From the NCBI GenBank assembly GCA_030704615.1, contig CM060732.1, forward strand, positions 53,320,001 through 53,384,000: a stretch of 64,000 nucleotides of DNA, written 5' to 3'. The translations under genes and the position numbers were made by a program. Source of the stretch: Takakia lepidozioides. Taxonomy: Eukaryota; Plantae; Bryophyta. The notes beneath the pieces were generated by a model. It saw only the letters and a list, made by a program, of their open reading frames with translations. It was not told the DNA's origin and searched no databases. Positions 33,801-45,638 of this stretch are shown piece by piece; position 1 is the first letter of the stretch; every line of letters begins with the position of its first letter.

Positions 33801-36071
33801 TTTCTCTTTTCCTGTCCTTCTCTTCCCATTGCCTCTTACATTCGCTGTGACTGTTTTTGGGTTCATTCTTCCATTTCAATTGTTTTGCAGTTGGAAGAAA
33901 GGGCCCGATCGGTTCTGCATACTCAGCTGGCTGACTATGGCATCACTATGACAGCTCCGAAGGTCTCCTTCGAAGCATACATGAGGAAATGGAGAGCCAC
34001 AGTGTGGCACTCTGGTTTCTTTAGAGAGTTCAGCAAGGAGGGTGGCATCAGTCGAACAAATGAGCTTGACCAGCAGGAAAAAGGAGAGGAAGCCTGGAAA
34101 CGATGCCTTTACAGGTGCACACCCTTGCACTCTTTGCTTGTGTTTGTGGTTGCAATGTGTTGTGTGGCATACTGTTTAAGGGGGTCTTCCTGGTGTGTTG
34201 AAAAAGCTGGGACACAATATGTGCATTGGAAAATGAGGCTGTGTCTGTTCCTGCAGGTACATTAAGTTTGTTCTCTTGGAAGAGAATTGCTTGGACAAAC
34301 ATCCAGATTTCGTGGACCTTTGGCTTGTCCCTGCTGGCAACCAGACCATGTTCACTGCTGGGATCTTGCATGACTGGGGTCCAGACCATCTTTCTTCTTG
34401 TGGTTGGTATTTGGATTGCCCTCCTTCAGAGACCCCAGCTGTAGAGTTGTCTTTGAGGAGAGAGAATGACCGTATTGCAGCCACTGCCGCAGCAGCGGAC
34501 CTCGACATTCATGAGCGTAATCTGAGGACTCTTGCAGAGAAGGAGCCTCCCGCTCAGGATACCCCGGGTAGAGGAAGAAAGGCAAAGGGAAAAGATGTTG
34601 CTGGTGTTGTGGGGAAGGGAAGGGGTAGAGGGAAGGTGGCACAAGGGCAGGGAAGTGTTGCAGCTATTGGCCCTGTGGAGCATGTCCAGCAGACTCCACC
34701 GCATGGTAGGGGATCCGGGAGAAAAAACAAGGGGGTGGTTGATCCCAAGGACCCGTACCATGCAGTGGAACATCCCACGAGGGTCATTCGTCCAACCAGG
34801 TTGGAGATTGCCAACGTCGGGTTCCTTGCAATGATGGAGTCGAAGAAATCTGATTACAAGGGCGAGCCATCACCAGTGTGGGAGAGGATTGTCGAGTTCC
34901 TCAGCATGGTGCGTGTTCTCTTTGGGTTCTGTGGCTTCTGCTCTCTTTGTCTGCTGTGGGCATGGATCGTTTATAAACTTGTCAGAATTCCATTGTATTT
35001 TTGTTTGCAGGCTAAAATGACCAAATCGTGGGTGAACGGGAAGGAGAAGCCATATGCAGCGGAACTCATCATCTTGGACATCCCTGATGGGTTGGCAGTC
35101 CCGGATATCCCTCCATCGGGTGCTTGTCCGGGTTGGAATGCATTTGATGAGCGCTACTGGCGGTGGGTTTTTTCCTTTTGCAACTTCTTCCTTTCCGATG
35201 CAGGTGTTTTGGTTCTCATCCAGTCCATCGATGTTCGGTGTCGCCGTGCCCTTGCCAGCTATTTGAAAGCCTCGGGCATGAGAGTCGTGAAGACATGGAA
35301 TTGTGTGAACAGCATGTACCTTACGAAGGGGGATCGTCCGGGAGAGATGGTGAGTTTCCCTTCTTCTTCCTCTTCTTTTTTGTTCTGGGATTGTGTTGTA
35401 TAGGTCGCTCCAACTCATATGTAGGGGCCCGATTTTATTTTGGTTCTTAGTTCCTTGTGGATGTCATGTTCGCAGACTCGTCTGTTTGAAGCTGTTTGTC
35501 TCGTCCGGGTGCATCCACCAACGACTCCGGCCGGCATTACGGAGTTTGCCATCACTCACGGGGGCAAGTTCATAGATGACAGGACAGATCCTCCCACGGA
35601 TGACATGCATCACAACTACGTCGACAGCAACGTGTGCTTGCGAAGGGGGAATGGGGTTCCTTGGAGAGGGGCGAGGGAGAGGAGCCCGGCTTTCATTCAA
35701 ACGATTGTGGAGTGCTGCACCTACACAGACGCCAGAGTTCTGCATTTGTCGATGGGCACAGGTTCGTCTCTTCAACATTCACATTTCATGAGGTTTGATT
35801 GAGCTTGCACTTTCAGCACTTTCCACCGTTCCGAATGTGTCTTCAATGTCTGCTTACTTCATTCTATTCCACTGCAGGTGCTTCGTACCACGCTTGCAAG
35901 GCCAGTGCGCGACATGTCTTTGGGATTGAAGGGGATGCTGAGATTTACAAGAACCTCCTGATGGGTTTGGGTGGACACACTTCTCAGGTCCTTCCGAAGC
36001 CCCGTCCCGCTGATACTGGTACAGAGGAGACTTCTGACAAGGAGCTGGACTCTGACTTTGCCTGTGAGTAA
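27851..36071 (+). CDS. 9-exon ParB/Srx-like + beta-class N4C/N6A DNA-methyltransferase-like fusion protein (about 1078 aa)
   Basis: Exons 27851-28162, 32334-32929, 33025-33217, 33330-33771, 33891-34114, 34257-34908, 35011-35349, 35476-35761, 35878-36071; all GT-AG and phase-compatible, with one extra A in a run near 33530. ParB motif VWDGNHRLLAW; MTase motifs ELIILDIPDG, FLSDAGVLVL, ERSPAFIQTIVECCT, VLHLSMGTGAS..AC...RHVFGIEGD. The exon 1 link is the least certain part. Confidence 0.75.
28243..32250. repeat. 116-bp satellite, about 34 copies, each with an 18-bp-stem palindrome CAGCTCAAACAGTGTGCG-GCAA-CGCACACTGTTTGAGCTG
   Basis: Unit starts at 28243, 28359, 28590, 28706, 28822 ... about 32065. 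Confidence 0.97.
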
Positions 36072-37004
36072 GTTGAACCTGTGCATGCTTGCATTGTTGT
36101 TTCAATATCGAGAATCGCTGTTCTTGAGGCAAAGTGCACATGGGAGACATCCTCTTCGTTGGACTTGTGCATTGCATCATTGTGTTAAAAATGGGATTTT
36201 GTGGACATGTGTAGGAGTCCGCGTGCTTCCACTTGCCCTCCTGGGCTATCACACCTATTTGGACTTGTTTTCAGTCCTCCTCGGTCTTGTGTGCTACCTG
36301 TCTATGCGGAGGCACTCGCAGCAAGCATGTCCGTTCATGGCACTCAGAGTCCACCTTGCGATGGCCTTCGTAGAACACGTGGTGTTGGGGCCAGAATCTT
36401 TGTAGATGACATAGCACAGGAGGTGGACATTGATTGTGATGACTGCGACACTTGATATGAAGTATTCTTTTGGTTTAATTCTGGGACAAATTTGAAATGG
36501 GATGGTTGTGTGTCCTTATTGTCCTCTTTGCAATGTGTGCATGGAATTCACATTCATGGTTCCAAACTATTGTTGGAGATGGGGGTTGCATGGACTGCCC
36601 GGATTGTTCCTTCAATATATTTGTTGTTTTGTGGACCTCACAGACTTGAGTACATTGCAAAAACAAACAAACCACTTTGTTCTCAATTCTCAATTCTCCC
36701 CACATCAACCCGCGGAAATAGGTGACACCACTCGGAAATAGGTGACATCCGCGGAAATAGGCACTGTTTGCATGCTGACGTGGCGTGAGCCTGTGCTGGG
36801 CTCACGCTTTCCTGGGCTCACAGGCTCACGCCTCCAGGCTCACGGAATAGCACCCCCCGTATCACATCAACCGTTTAATGTGGCCAATGCACCTCTTCCA
36901 CACCATGGCGGAAATATTCGCCACTTGAAAGCACAAACACAAATAATCCGTGCAAACAATCTCAAAAATCATATGTATTGCAAGGTGTTTCATATTGCCG
37001 ATGT

Positions 37005-38789
37005 TCATGTAGCTGAATTCTTTAGGAATCGTTTTGCTACTCCCATGCCAACAACATCAGGTCCACTGCGACTGCCATATTCCGAATTCCGTATCAGCCA
37101 CCACGAACATGAAACCAGGAACTTCGCACAAAATCTCCAATTCATCCAATTTATGGTGGGCCGTGGCTGCAACCTGCAAGCTGGCCGGGGTGGCTGATAC
37201 GTTCGTTTGAACATGACAGTCTCAGATGACGTTGACGTTGACGCAAATGCCTCCAACGTCATGTCCTGGGGGGGGGGGGGGGGGTGTGGGGCATTCGCAT
37301 CTAAAACCGATGCAATATCTTTTTTCACCCACCATCTTTTCGCGAGTTCTCGGTCCAGCTTGTCTTGGTTTTCAAACTGGTATGGCGAGGCTTTGCGTAT
37401 GCCCAATGGGGTGACTAAGCCCCAATCACACACCCCAATCTTGATCTCCTCGGTGCTATCTGGAAAATGCAACAAGATATTGTCGGGGGACAAGTCGTTG
37501 TGCAGGACACCGTTCTTGTGGACAACATCCATGATGCACACCAGTGCCCATGCAAGTTTATTGCGCACTTTCCGGAAACGAAACAAGCGATCGCATTCCT
37601 GGAACTCTGCTTCCGTTTCCATTTGTTCCAAAATCATCCTGTTGTCCGAATCATTGCCCCATTTTCTATCAAGGTTCATCATGTCGCGTATCGTCCTCCC
37701 ATTCCACCAACGAGTGTAACCCTTTACCTCACGTGCATTCACAGCAAAATATAAGATAACACCCGGATGTTGGAACTTCACTGCCAAACTCGTCGTTATG
37801 TTGTCTCAACGTCTTTTCTGGATTTTTGGACTTGGGTTTTTTCCCCGCTAGATCCCAACGCTTCGATATTCTAGAATCACCAACAATCTTACACTAACGG
37901 ACCTTAGCGTCAGTGTTTTCATTTCCGGTAAAATTTCGCACTTTTTCGACCTCAAAAATCAAAATCGAATATTCTGTTGTAAATTCCCTGTTTTCTCATG
38001 GATGAAATCGCCAAAATTCTCAAAAAAAAATATATATCTTGGAGAAATTCGCCTAATATGGATGATATACATGGATGAAAGTACAGAGGAGGATGATTCT
38101 GTCCAAATTTTAGTGGATGAGCAGAAAATATGGCTATTTCCTGCAAAACTCAGTAGCCAGTCTTGTTCTTTTCAAAATTTGAAAAAAAAACACTGCTTAG
38201 CATACCCTCATTCTTTGTAAGGGCCAATCTCTACCACCTTTGCAGTAGAGTTCAGGTAATAAAGACCAGTTGTGCTTCCCCCGCCCGATGACCCCGTCTT
38301 CCAAGGGTCAACCCTAGTCCGACGATGTGAATTCTGACTTGCCGAGCAAGCCCAATACTCAACATGCCGCATTAACTTAGCTTCGGCGGAGGGCACTCGA
38401 CCCTCGGTTGCTCTACCCTTCCATGTCTTCATTAGCTGCCTCAAATTCCACATGGCGTCTTTCGTCCTGCTTTGGATCCACCGATTGAATTTCGGCTTGT
38501 CCCTGCCCGCCGTCCACTTAGCCCCTGCCAAAGCGTTTGTCATTTTCCTCTCCATATTTTGCTGGGAAATCTGAAACCCCTCCCATCTATGCCTGACATA
38601 AGCACTCTCCAGCCTCATCATGTCCCTACCCTTGAAATAATCCACTATTACTTCTTTTACCCTATCCAAGGTATCCGGTCCCGGGTAGTCTGTCTTGTTG
38701 ACCTGGCTATCCCGCTCGTGGGCACATTTTATCTTCCTCCGACCCCCAGACGACCCCGCCCCAGAACTTGAATTCACAACCCCCGACAT
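37005..38789 (-). pseudogene. Protein kinase (disrupted) with N-terminal extension
   Basis: HKNGVLHNDLSPDNILL and CDWGL in ORF 37005..37787; Gly-loop-like GPYKE*GYAK at the end of ORF 38208..38789; TATA-like TATATAAA on the minus strand near 39120. Confidence 0.75.
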
Positions 38790-39414
38790 TGTATAAACCT
38801 TTGCCCACTACAGGGTCCAAAACCTCAGAAAACGGCAATGGACGCGTGTGGATGGTGTCTTCGTAGTTTCTGCTAAAAAAAAAGCCACCGGAGATCCGAA
38901 AACGGCAAAATGGTGATACGATGATTGAACCGTGAACAAAGGTGTGGGACTGACCAATAGAAAACCGACAAAACCTCCCCCCCCAAAAAAATAATAATAA
39001 TCACCTTTGCACCTCCCGTTGGCAGTGCCAAGCAACGAAGTCCGAAAAGACTACAAGATGCCAATGAACCGCACCACGAGAGGGCAAATGTGATCAGAAA
39101 AGGAGGGGGGAATGGTTTATATAGGCGCCCACCAGCCCCTCCCCTTTTCCCAAAATGACATTATGCTTGAAAATGAGCGACAGGCCAGTGGCGCCTCGCC
39201 ACGTGTCTGTGCGGCGCGACTGGCCAGTCGCACTTCGCCACGCGCATCCACATGGGAGAGGTCAAGGGCTCAAAACCACCTCCCCCCATCCCATCTGTTT
39301 CGTTTTTCCTGACCCGTGGCACCTCGCCACGAGGCTGGCCAAGCGCCGCTTCATGATTAAAAAAAAAAAAAAACCACATGGCGGGTCCTTGGATTTCTAA
39401 GAAAAAACAAACAC

Positions 39415-40105
39415 GCGACCGCCGCATGGCGGTTGCTATATTTATAAAAACAAGAAGAGCGACCGCCACATGGCGGTCGTTGTTTTTTTAAAAACAATAT
39501 ATTAAATAAACGACCGCCTACTGGCGGTCGCTTAATTCAAGATTCAAAATATAAATAAGCGACCGCCGCTAAATGGCGGTCGCTTAATTTAAGAATCAAA
39601 ATCAAATCGAGCGATCGCCTCCAAATGGCGGTCGTTGCATTTTTCAAGAATTTACTTAAGAAGCGACCGCCAAACGGCGGTCGCTTTATTTAAGAATAAA
39701 AATTAAAATAAACGACCACTGCTAAATGGTGGCCGCTAAATTAAAAAAATATATATAGTGACCGCCACATGGCGGTCGCTGTATTTTTACAGAATATATC
39801 AAAGATATAATAATAAAAATGTAATAAAGTGCGAGCGACCGCCAATCTGGGCGGTCGCTTCATTTAAAACATAATAAACTTCAACCGACCGCCAATATAG
39901 GCGGTCGTTTATTTTAAAATATAATAAAATACAAGCGACCGCCAATATGGGCGGTTGCTTCATTTAAAAATAAATAAATTATCGGCGACCGCCAATATAG
40001 GCGGTCGCTTAATTTAACAAAATATTAAATTACAAGCGACCGCCAATATGGGCGGTCGCTTTTATTTTTAAAATAATAAATTATATGCGACCGCCAATAT
40101 AGGCT
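39415..40105. repeat. Array of GCGACCGCC-N-GGCGGTCGC palindromes with A-rich spacers (right subterminal-like array)
   Basis: About 15 copies, e.g. gcgaccgccaatatgggcggtcgc. Confidence 0.9.
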
Positions 40106-40264
40106 GACACATATTTTAAAAAGAATTAATAAATATTAATAATTGGCCACAGCTGTGACTGCCATGTCATTACAAATGGTAGAAGTAAATCGTAAAAGTC
40201 AAATAAAAAAAAATTACATAGATAAACGTCCGGATTCGACGTGACGTAACGTGACGCACGTCTA

Positions 40265-40314
40265 ACGTGACGGCCGATGTGTCGGCGCCACGTCACGTCA
40301 GGAATGATAACTAG
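40265..40314 (+). other. Helitron-like 3' terminus (hairpin + 12 nt + CTAG)
   Basis: ACGTGACG/CGTCACGT stem with inner GCCGA/TCGGC stem; CTAG at 40311-40314 directly abuts a truncated Gypsy protease. Confidence 0.4.
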
Positions 40315-42667
40315 GGATCGTACTTCACAATCCTGACATCGACTGGCGATCGCGAAAAATTTCTGCAAGACAAAAATGTAGAAATATCGAAGGTATGCAA
40401 CCCCTGTTCCTTGGAGCTAGAGCTTTCATGAGAGCTATAAAAAAAGATGCGACATTTGCACTTTATGCGACTCCGATCAAGACCACAACAGACAAAGGTA
40501 CTTCGACATTACCCACTTAATATCAAGATTTCAGGGATGTCTTCGAGAAGAAAAATGCAAACATATTGCCAGAACATCGACCTTATGACTGTGCAATTGA
40601 GTTACAAGAAGGAACCCAACCACCATTCGGCCCAATCTATAATTTATCCCAAACGGGGTTGGCTACATTACGTGAGTACATTGATGAAAATTTGTCGAAG
40701 AACTTCATCCGACACTCAAAATCACCTGCGGGAGCGCCTATCTTGTTTGTGAAAAAGAAGGACGGATCATTACGCATGTGTGTGGACTATCGCGGTATCA
40801 ACAAAGTCACAATTAAGAATCGTTATCCGTTGCCGCTAATTTCTGGGCTTCTCGACAACTGGGACGCGCGAAGATGTTCACCAAAATTGGCTTGAGGAAC
40901 GTATAACCTTGTACGGATAAAAGATGGAGATGAATGGAAAACAACTTTTCGAACAAGGTATGAACATTTTGAATACAGTGTTATGCCTTTCGGTCTTACA
41001 AATGCTCCAACAATTTTCCAACATCTGATGAATGACATCTTTCGAGAATTTTTAGATGACTTTGTAGTCATCTATTTGGACGACATTTTGATATTTTCAA
41101 AGAATGAAGAAGAACATGGCCGCCATGTACGCATTGTCCTTGATAAATTAAGAGAAAGAGGACTATATGCCAAGTTGGAAACATGTCTTTTCCATCAATC
41201 TAAGGTTGAATTTCTGGACTACATTATTTTCGACAAATGCGTCTTTATGGATCAGAAGAAAATACAATCCGTCATCGAGTGGATTAAACCAACTTCAGTC
41301 CGAGATGTACAATGTTTTCTAGGATTTGCAAATTTCTATAGAAACTTCATCAAGGACTACTTCAAAATTGCTGTACCATCACAGGGAAGATAAATTTGTA
41401 TGGGACGAGAAAGCTAACCAAACATTTGAAATGCTGAAGCAGACATTTACAACGGCTCCAATACTGGTGCATGCAGATCCATCTAAACCATTCTTTTTGG
41501 AAGCAGATGCATCGGACTTTGTACTTGGCGCGGTACTCTCTCTCAATACGGTACAAATGACCGACTCCATCCTGTTGGTTTTTGTTCACGAAAATTTTCC
41601 GCCTCGGAGATCAATTATGAAATCCATGACAAAGATCTTCTAGCGATTATCAATGCTTTTGAGGAGTGGCGTCATCTGTTGGAGGGAGCTAAACATCAGG
41701 TCACAGTCTATACCGATCACAAAAACCTCGAGTATTTTATGAGTGCTCGTGTTTTGAATTGACGTCAAGCGAGATGGAGTATATCACTAGCAAGGTTTGA
41801 TTTTGTTATTACCTATCGTTCCGGACATCTTCAGGGAAAACCAGATGCTCTTTCTCGACGATCGTATCTTGTGCCAAAAGAAGGGTTGCAGCTTTTGATC
41901 AACAGAAATCCATCATCTTGAAACCAGCAAATCTCCAATTAAATATGCTATCCATGTCCACTTATGACGATGCATAGATCATAAAGAAGATTCAGAAAGC
42001 ACTGAAGAGCGACCAATTTGTCACGACACTACGAAGTCAACTAAATTGACCTCGAGACAACCCACATGTTACAAACGACTTTGAATTCAAAGATGACTTA
42101 CTTTACTTCAAGAGACTTCTCTATATACCTCCAGGGCCTACACGACTGCGAATTCTTCAAACATGTCATGATCTTCCGGCTGCAGGACATTTCGGCTTCA
42201 ACAAAACAATGGAATTGATATCCAGGGACTATTGATGGCCGCATATGTGAAAATTCGTGAAAGAATTTATAAAATCTTGCGATACATGTGCTAGAGCGAA
42301 GGGACCACGACATCGACCTTACGGCCTTCTTTAACCGTTACCCATTCCCAAAGATCCATGATCGTCCGTGTCTATGGATTTTATGACGGACCTTCCAATT
42401 TCCAAGACCACCGATTCAATCCTTGTTATTGTAGATCGTTTTACAAAGATGACACATTTCATTCCATGTAATAAGACGGTTACCGGCGAGGAAACTGCAA
42501 GACTCTTCCTCAATACTATCTACCGCATTCATGGACTCCCGAAGGACATCGTATCTGATCGAAGACCACAGTTCATATCAAATTTCTGGAGGGGATTATT
42601 TCACATATTGGATACTAAGATCAATCTCTCTACAGTTAATCATCCACAGACTGATGGTCAAACTGAA
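40315..42667 (+). mobile_element. Degenerate Ty3/Gypsy (chromovirus/Tcn1-like) pol fragment
   Basis: Protease end IVLHNPDIDW; [41 protein letters not shown]; integrase SMDFMTDLP, IVSDR, HPQTDGQTE, where it is truncated; many stops. Confidence 0.92.
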
Positions 42668-43204
42668 CTTTACCATGATCTACCATGATCTACCATGATT
42701 TATCATAAGTTATCATTAGTTACCAAGTTAAGGGAAGTTTACAAAATTCCCGAGAGTAATTTGGAAACTGCTCAGGAAGCTTTATTTGGAGGAAACTTCT
42801 CCATCAAGATACCTCATTTGTTTAAGGAAACTTCTCCATCAAGAAACCTCCTTTGGGGAAGCCTCTTAGGGATCCTCCTAGTAGCCAGTATATATAGGAG
42901 GCGAGACTGGACACTCTTCAGTCTCGCCAACACAAGTTCAAGTTACTCTTGTTTCTAGTCCCAATACTTCAGTCCAACTTCCAGTACTCCAGTCCAATTT
43001 CCAGTATTTAGTACTCCAATCCAATTTCCAGCATTCCAGTATCCAAGTTAAGTTCCAGTATTTTGTACTCTTGTTCATTGTTATAAAGATCATCTTGATT
43101 CATACCCATCATGCATTCGGCCACGCCGACCTTAACTTCTTGTCTAGTCTTGTACCTCTAGTCTGATCTCTTGTTTGTGTTCAGTCATGCTCTTGTCCTT
43201 GACA
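42668..43204 (+). repeat. Possible LTR remnant
   Basis: TATA-like TATATAGG near 42890, 10-bp hairpin GGCGAGACTG/CAGTCTCGCC, short internal repeats, ends TTGACA. Confidence 0.3.
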
Positions 43205-43789
43205 GTTACAAGGATTTTTTATATATTGTGGAAGCTGCCATTGATATGAGTTATTACAGACTTCAGTTTTCAGTTATACAAATTTCAGTTTTCAGTTTTC
43301 AACAAGATTTTCAGCCAGTCATTCAGACATCTCAATTAATTTTTCAGCTACCATTTTTTTCTCTTTCAGTTTTACAGATTTCAGCTTTCAGTTTTGCAAA
43401 CTTCATTGATTCAAGCATATAGTTTACTATTACCATTAATATGGATATAGATATAGACTTAATATTATAGTCTCAGAATTTGCAACGTGTACACAATTAT
43501 CATTACATTGTCGGAGACTGTTTATTTGGTGCCTTATTTGTTGCATAATGAAATATCATCCAAGGATCTACGTCGTCAAAGCATAAAACATTTTCTACAA
43601 ACTTTACAATCGCGTACTGATGAAGTGGCTGAAATGACTTAAATCCACTTTTCTTTGGAAGCCCTATCTGATATATATGTATATATATAGCTTTGAAACT
43701 ACCAAACCATGTTGTTAAATATTGTCATTCAACAATATAACATGTATTGATTTGCAAACTTTAGATTTTAGTTTACTTATTACAGTATC

Positions 43790-44390
43790 AGAATTCGCCA
43801 TTTGGTTTCTCATTTACGTCATATTTATTCAAGTTAATGGTCCAAAATAAAAGTCTTTCTCTTTTAGGTCTTTCATTTAGATCATTCATTTACGTCATAT
43901 TTATTTGGTTTTGTAAAAATTTAATCATCCAAAACAAAAGTCAGTCATTTTAGGTAGTCTTTCTTTTTTAGGTTTTTCATTTGGGTCATATTTATTCGGT
44001 TTTGCAGAAATTAATGGTCCAAAACAAAAGTCATTCGGTTTAGGTCTTTTATTTTCAGTCTTTCATTTTTAGGTTTTTCATTTAGGTCATATTTATTCGA
44101 TTTTGCACAAATTAATGTTCCAAAACAAAAGTCTTCCATTTTAGGTCTTTCTTTTTTATGTCATTCATTTAGGTCATAATTATTCGGTTTTGCAGAAATA
44201 AATCGTCCAAAACAAAAGTCATTCATTTTAGGTATTTCTTTTTTAGGTCTTTCATTTTTAGGTTTTTCATTTGGGTCATCTTTATTTGGTTTTGCAGAAA
44301 TTAATTGTCCAAAACAAAAGTCTTTCATTTTAGGTCTTTCATTTTTAGGTTTGTTATATTTATTCGATTTTGCACAAATTAATGGCCTTC
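43790..44390. repeat. AT-rich tandem repeat (about 60-80 bp; atatttattcggttttgcagaaattaat..ccaaaacaaaagtc..ttttaggtc)
   Basis: About 7-8 degenerate copies. Confidence 0.85.
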
Positions 44391-45638
44391 AGTTCTATTA
44401 TATTAAATTGACTTCCATTATATTCAGCAGTAGCATTTAGGTTTTGTAATTAGGGTGGAGCCATTACGCAACTAGCCGCTTGTTTTGAAAAGATTGGGGT
44501 ACATCTTTATACTTTTATATGTTTTTGAAGGAACTTGTAGACTCTAGTGACTACAATTTCGGAGGAGTCTTCTCCTTCTAAGCCTTTGACTTTGTGAATT
44601 GCGGTATGCCCCACTTTTGGAGCCTAACTCTGGTGGGGCTTATCGAGGAAACTGAGCGAGAGCGGTCGTTGGAAAAAAACTCGCCGCAATCCTATCATTG
44701 GGTTCAATCTCATTATACATTTTGTCCGCATATGAGAAAATAGATTGCGTGTAAACTATACTGTGTCCTCAAACTTGCCACGTGGCGCCTGAACAGGTGA
44801 AACCTGTATGGAACATTTACATGCCGGGATTAGGTCGAGCATTCCAAGCTAATCAGCATGTGACAGCGCTTGGAATTGCCTACATGCCACGTCAAGCCGA
44901 TGAAGATGAAGATGAAGATGAAGAGCAAAACCCAGAATAGAAAAACTGGCAGCAACAAAACCCACAAAAGGAAAACGAAAAAAAATCTGATGCAACAATG
45001 TTGTAGGCATGGAACTGAGAGGCAGTGAGTGAGGAGAGAGTCGGGTGCGAAGAGATGATTTGAGAAAGGAATGTTTGAAAATTCGAGAGAGGGTAAGTAG
45101 GGCAGGGATCATATAGGGAATTCCAAAATGCCTTGATGCGAAATGAAGGGATGCGACAGAGATGTGGTCCCACACGGGAGCAAATTGAGTGGGACCCGCG
45201 TCGTGCAGATGAGAGTAGATGACAGGACACCACGGGGGTGTCCCTGGGCTCAGGGAGTCAGGCCTGCACTCACTTATTATCGGAGCTGCGCATATGCTCG
45301 ATGCCACCTCGACTTTGGGAGCAGGCAGCCATGCTACAGTTGCAGATCCCACAAATCAAAATTTGGGTTTGCATTGTGATGGCACTCGGCGGGCGGATGA
45401 GAGGATGATGATAATAGGAAGGAAGGCAGTGTTTGCGGGTGTGATTGCGATGGTCGGTTGAGGATGATGGTTGGGAAGCTGCTGTTGTGGAGGGAGAATT
45501 ACTGGGAGATGGAGATGCAGCAGGGCTGTAGGTCAGATTGCTTGAGCGAACGGTTTCCCTGTGGGGTTGTTGCTGGAATGGGTTGTTTCTAAACAGGGGT
45601 AGCTCGTCAAGTGTGCAGACATTGTAGAGAATTTCAAG

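Noticed and set aside
27851-36071. Bacterial or phage contamination as the source of ParB-MTase
   Set aside because: Spliceosomal introns, and contiguous with plant TEs and genes on the same contig
43790-44390. Telomere-derived repeat
   Set aside because: Motif is TTTTAGGT inside a longer unit, not tandem TTTAGGG
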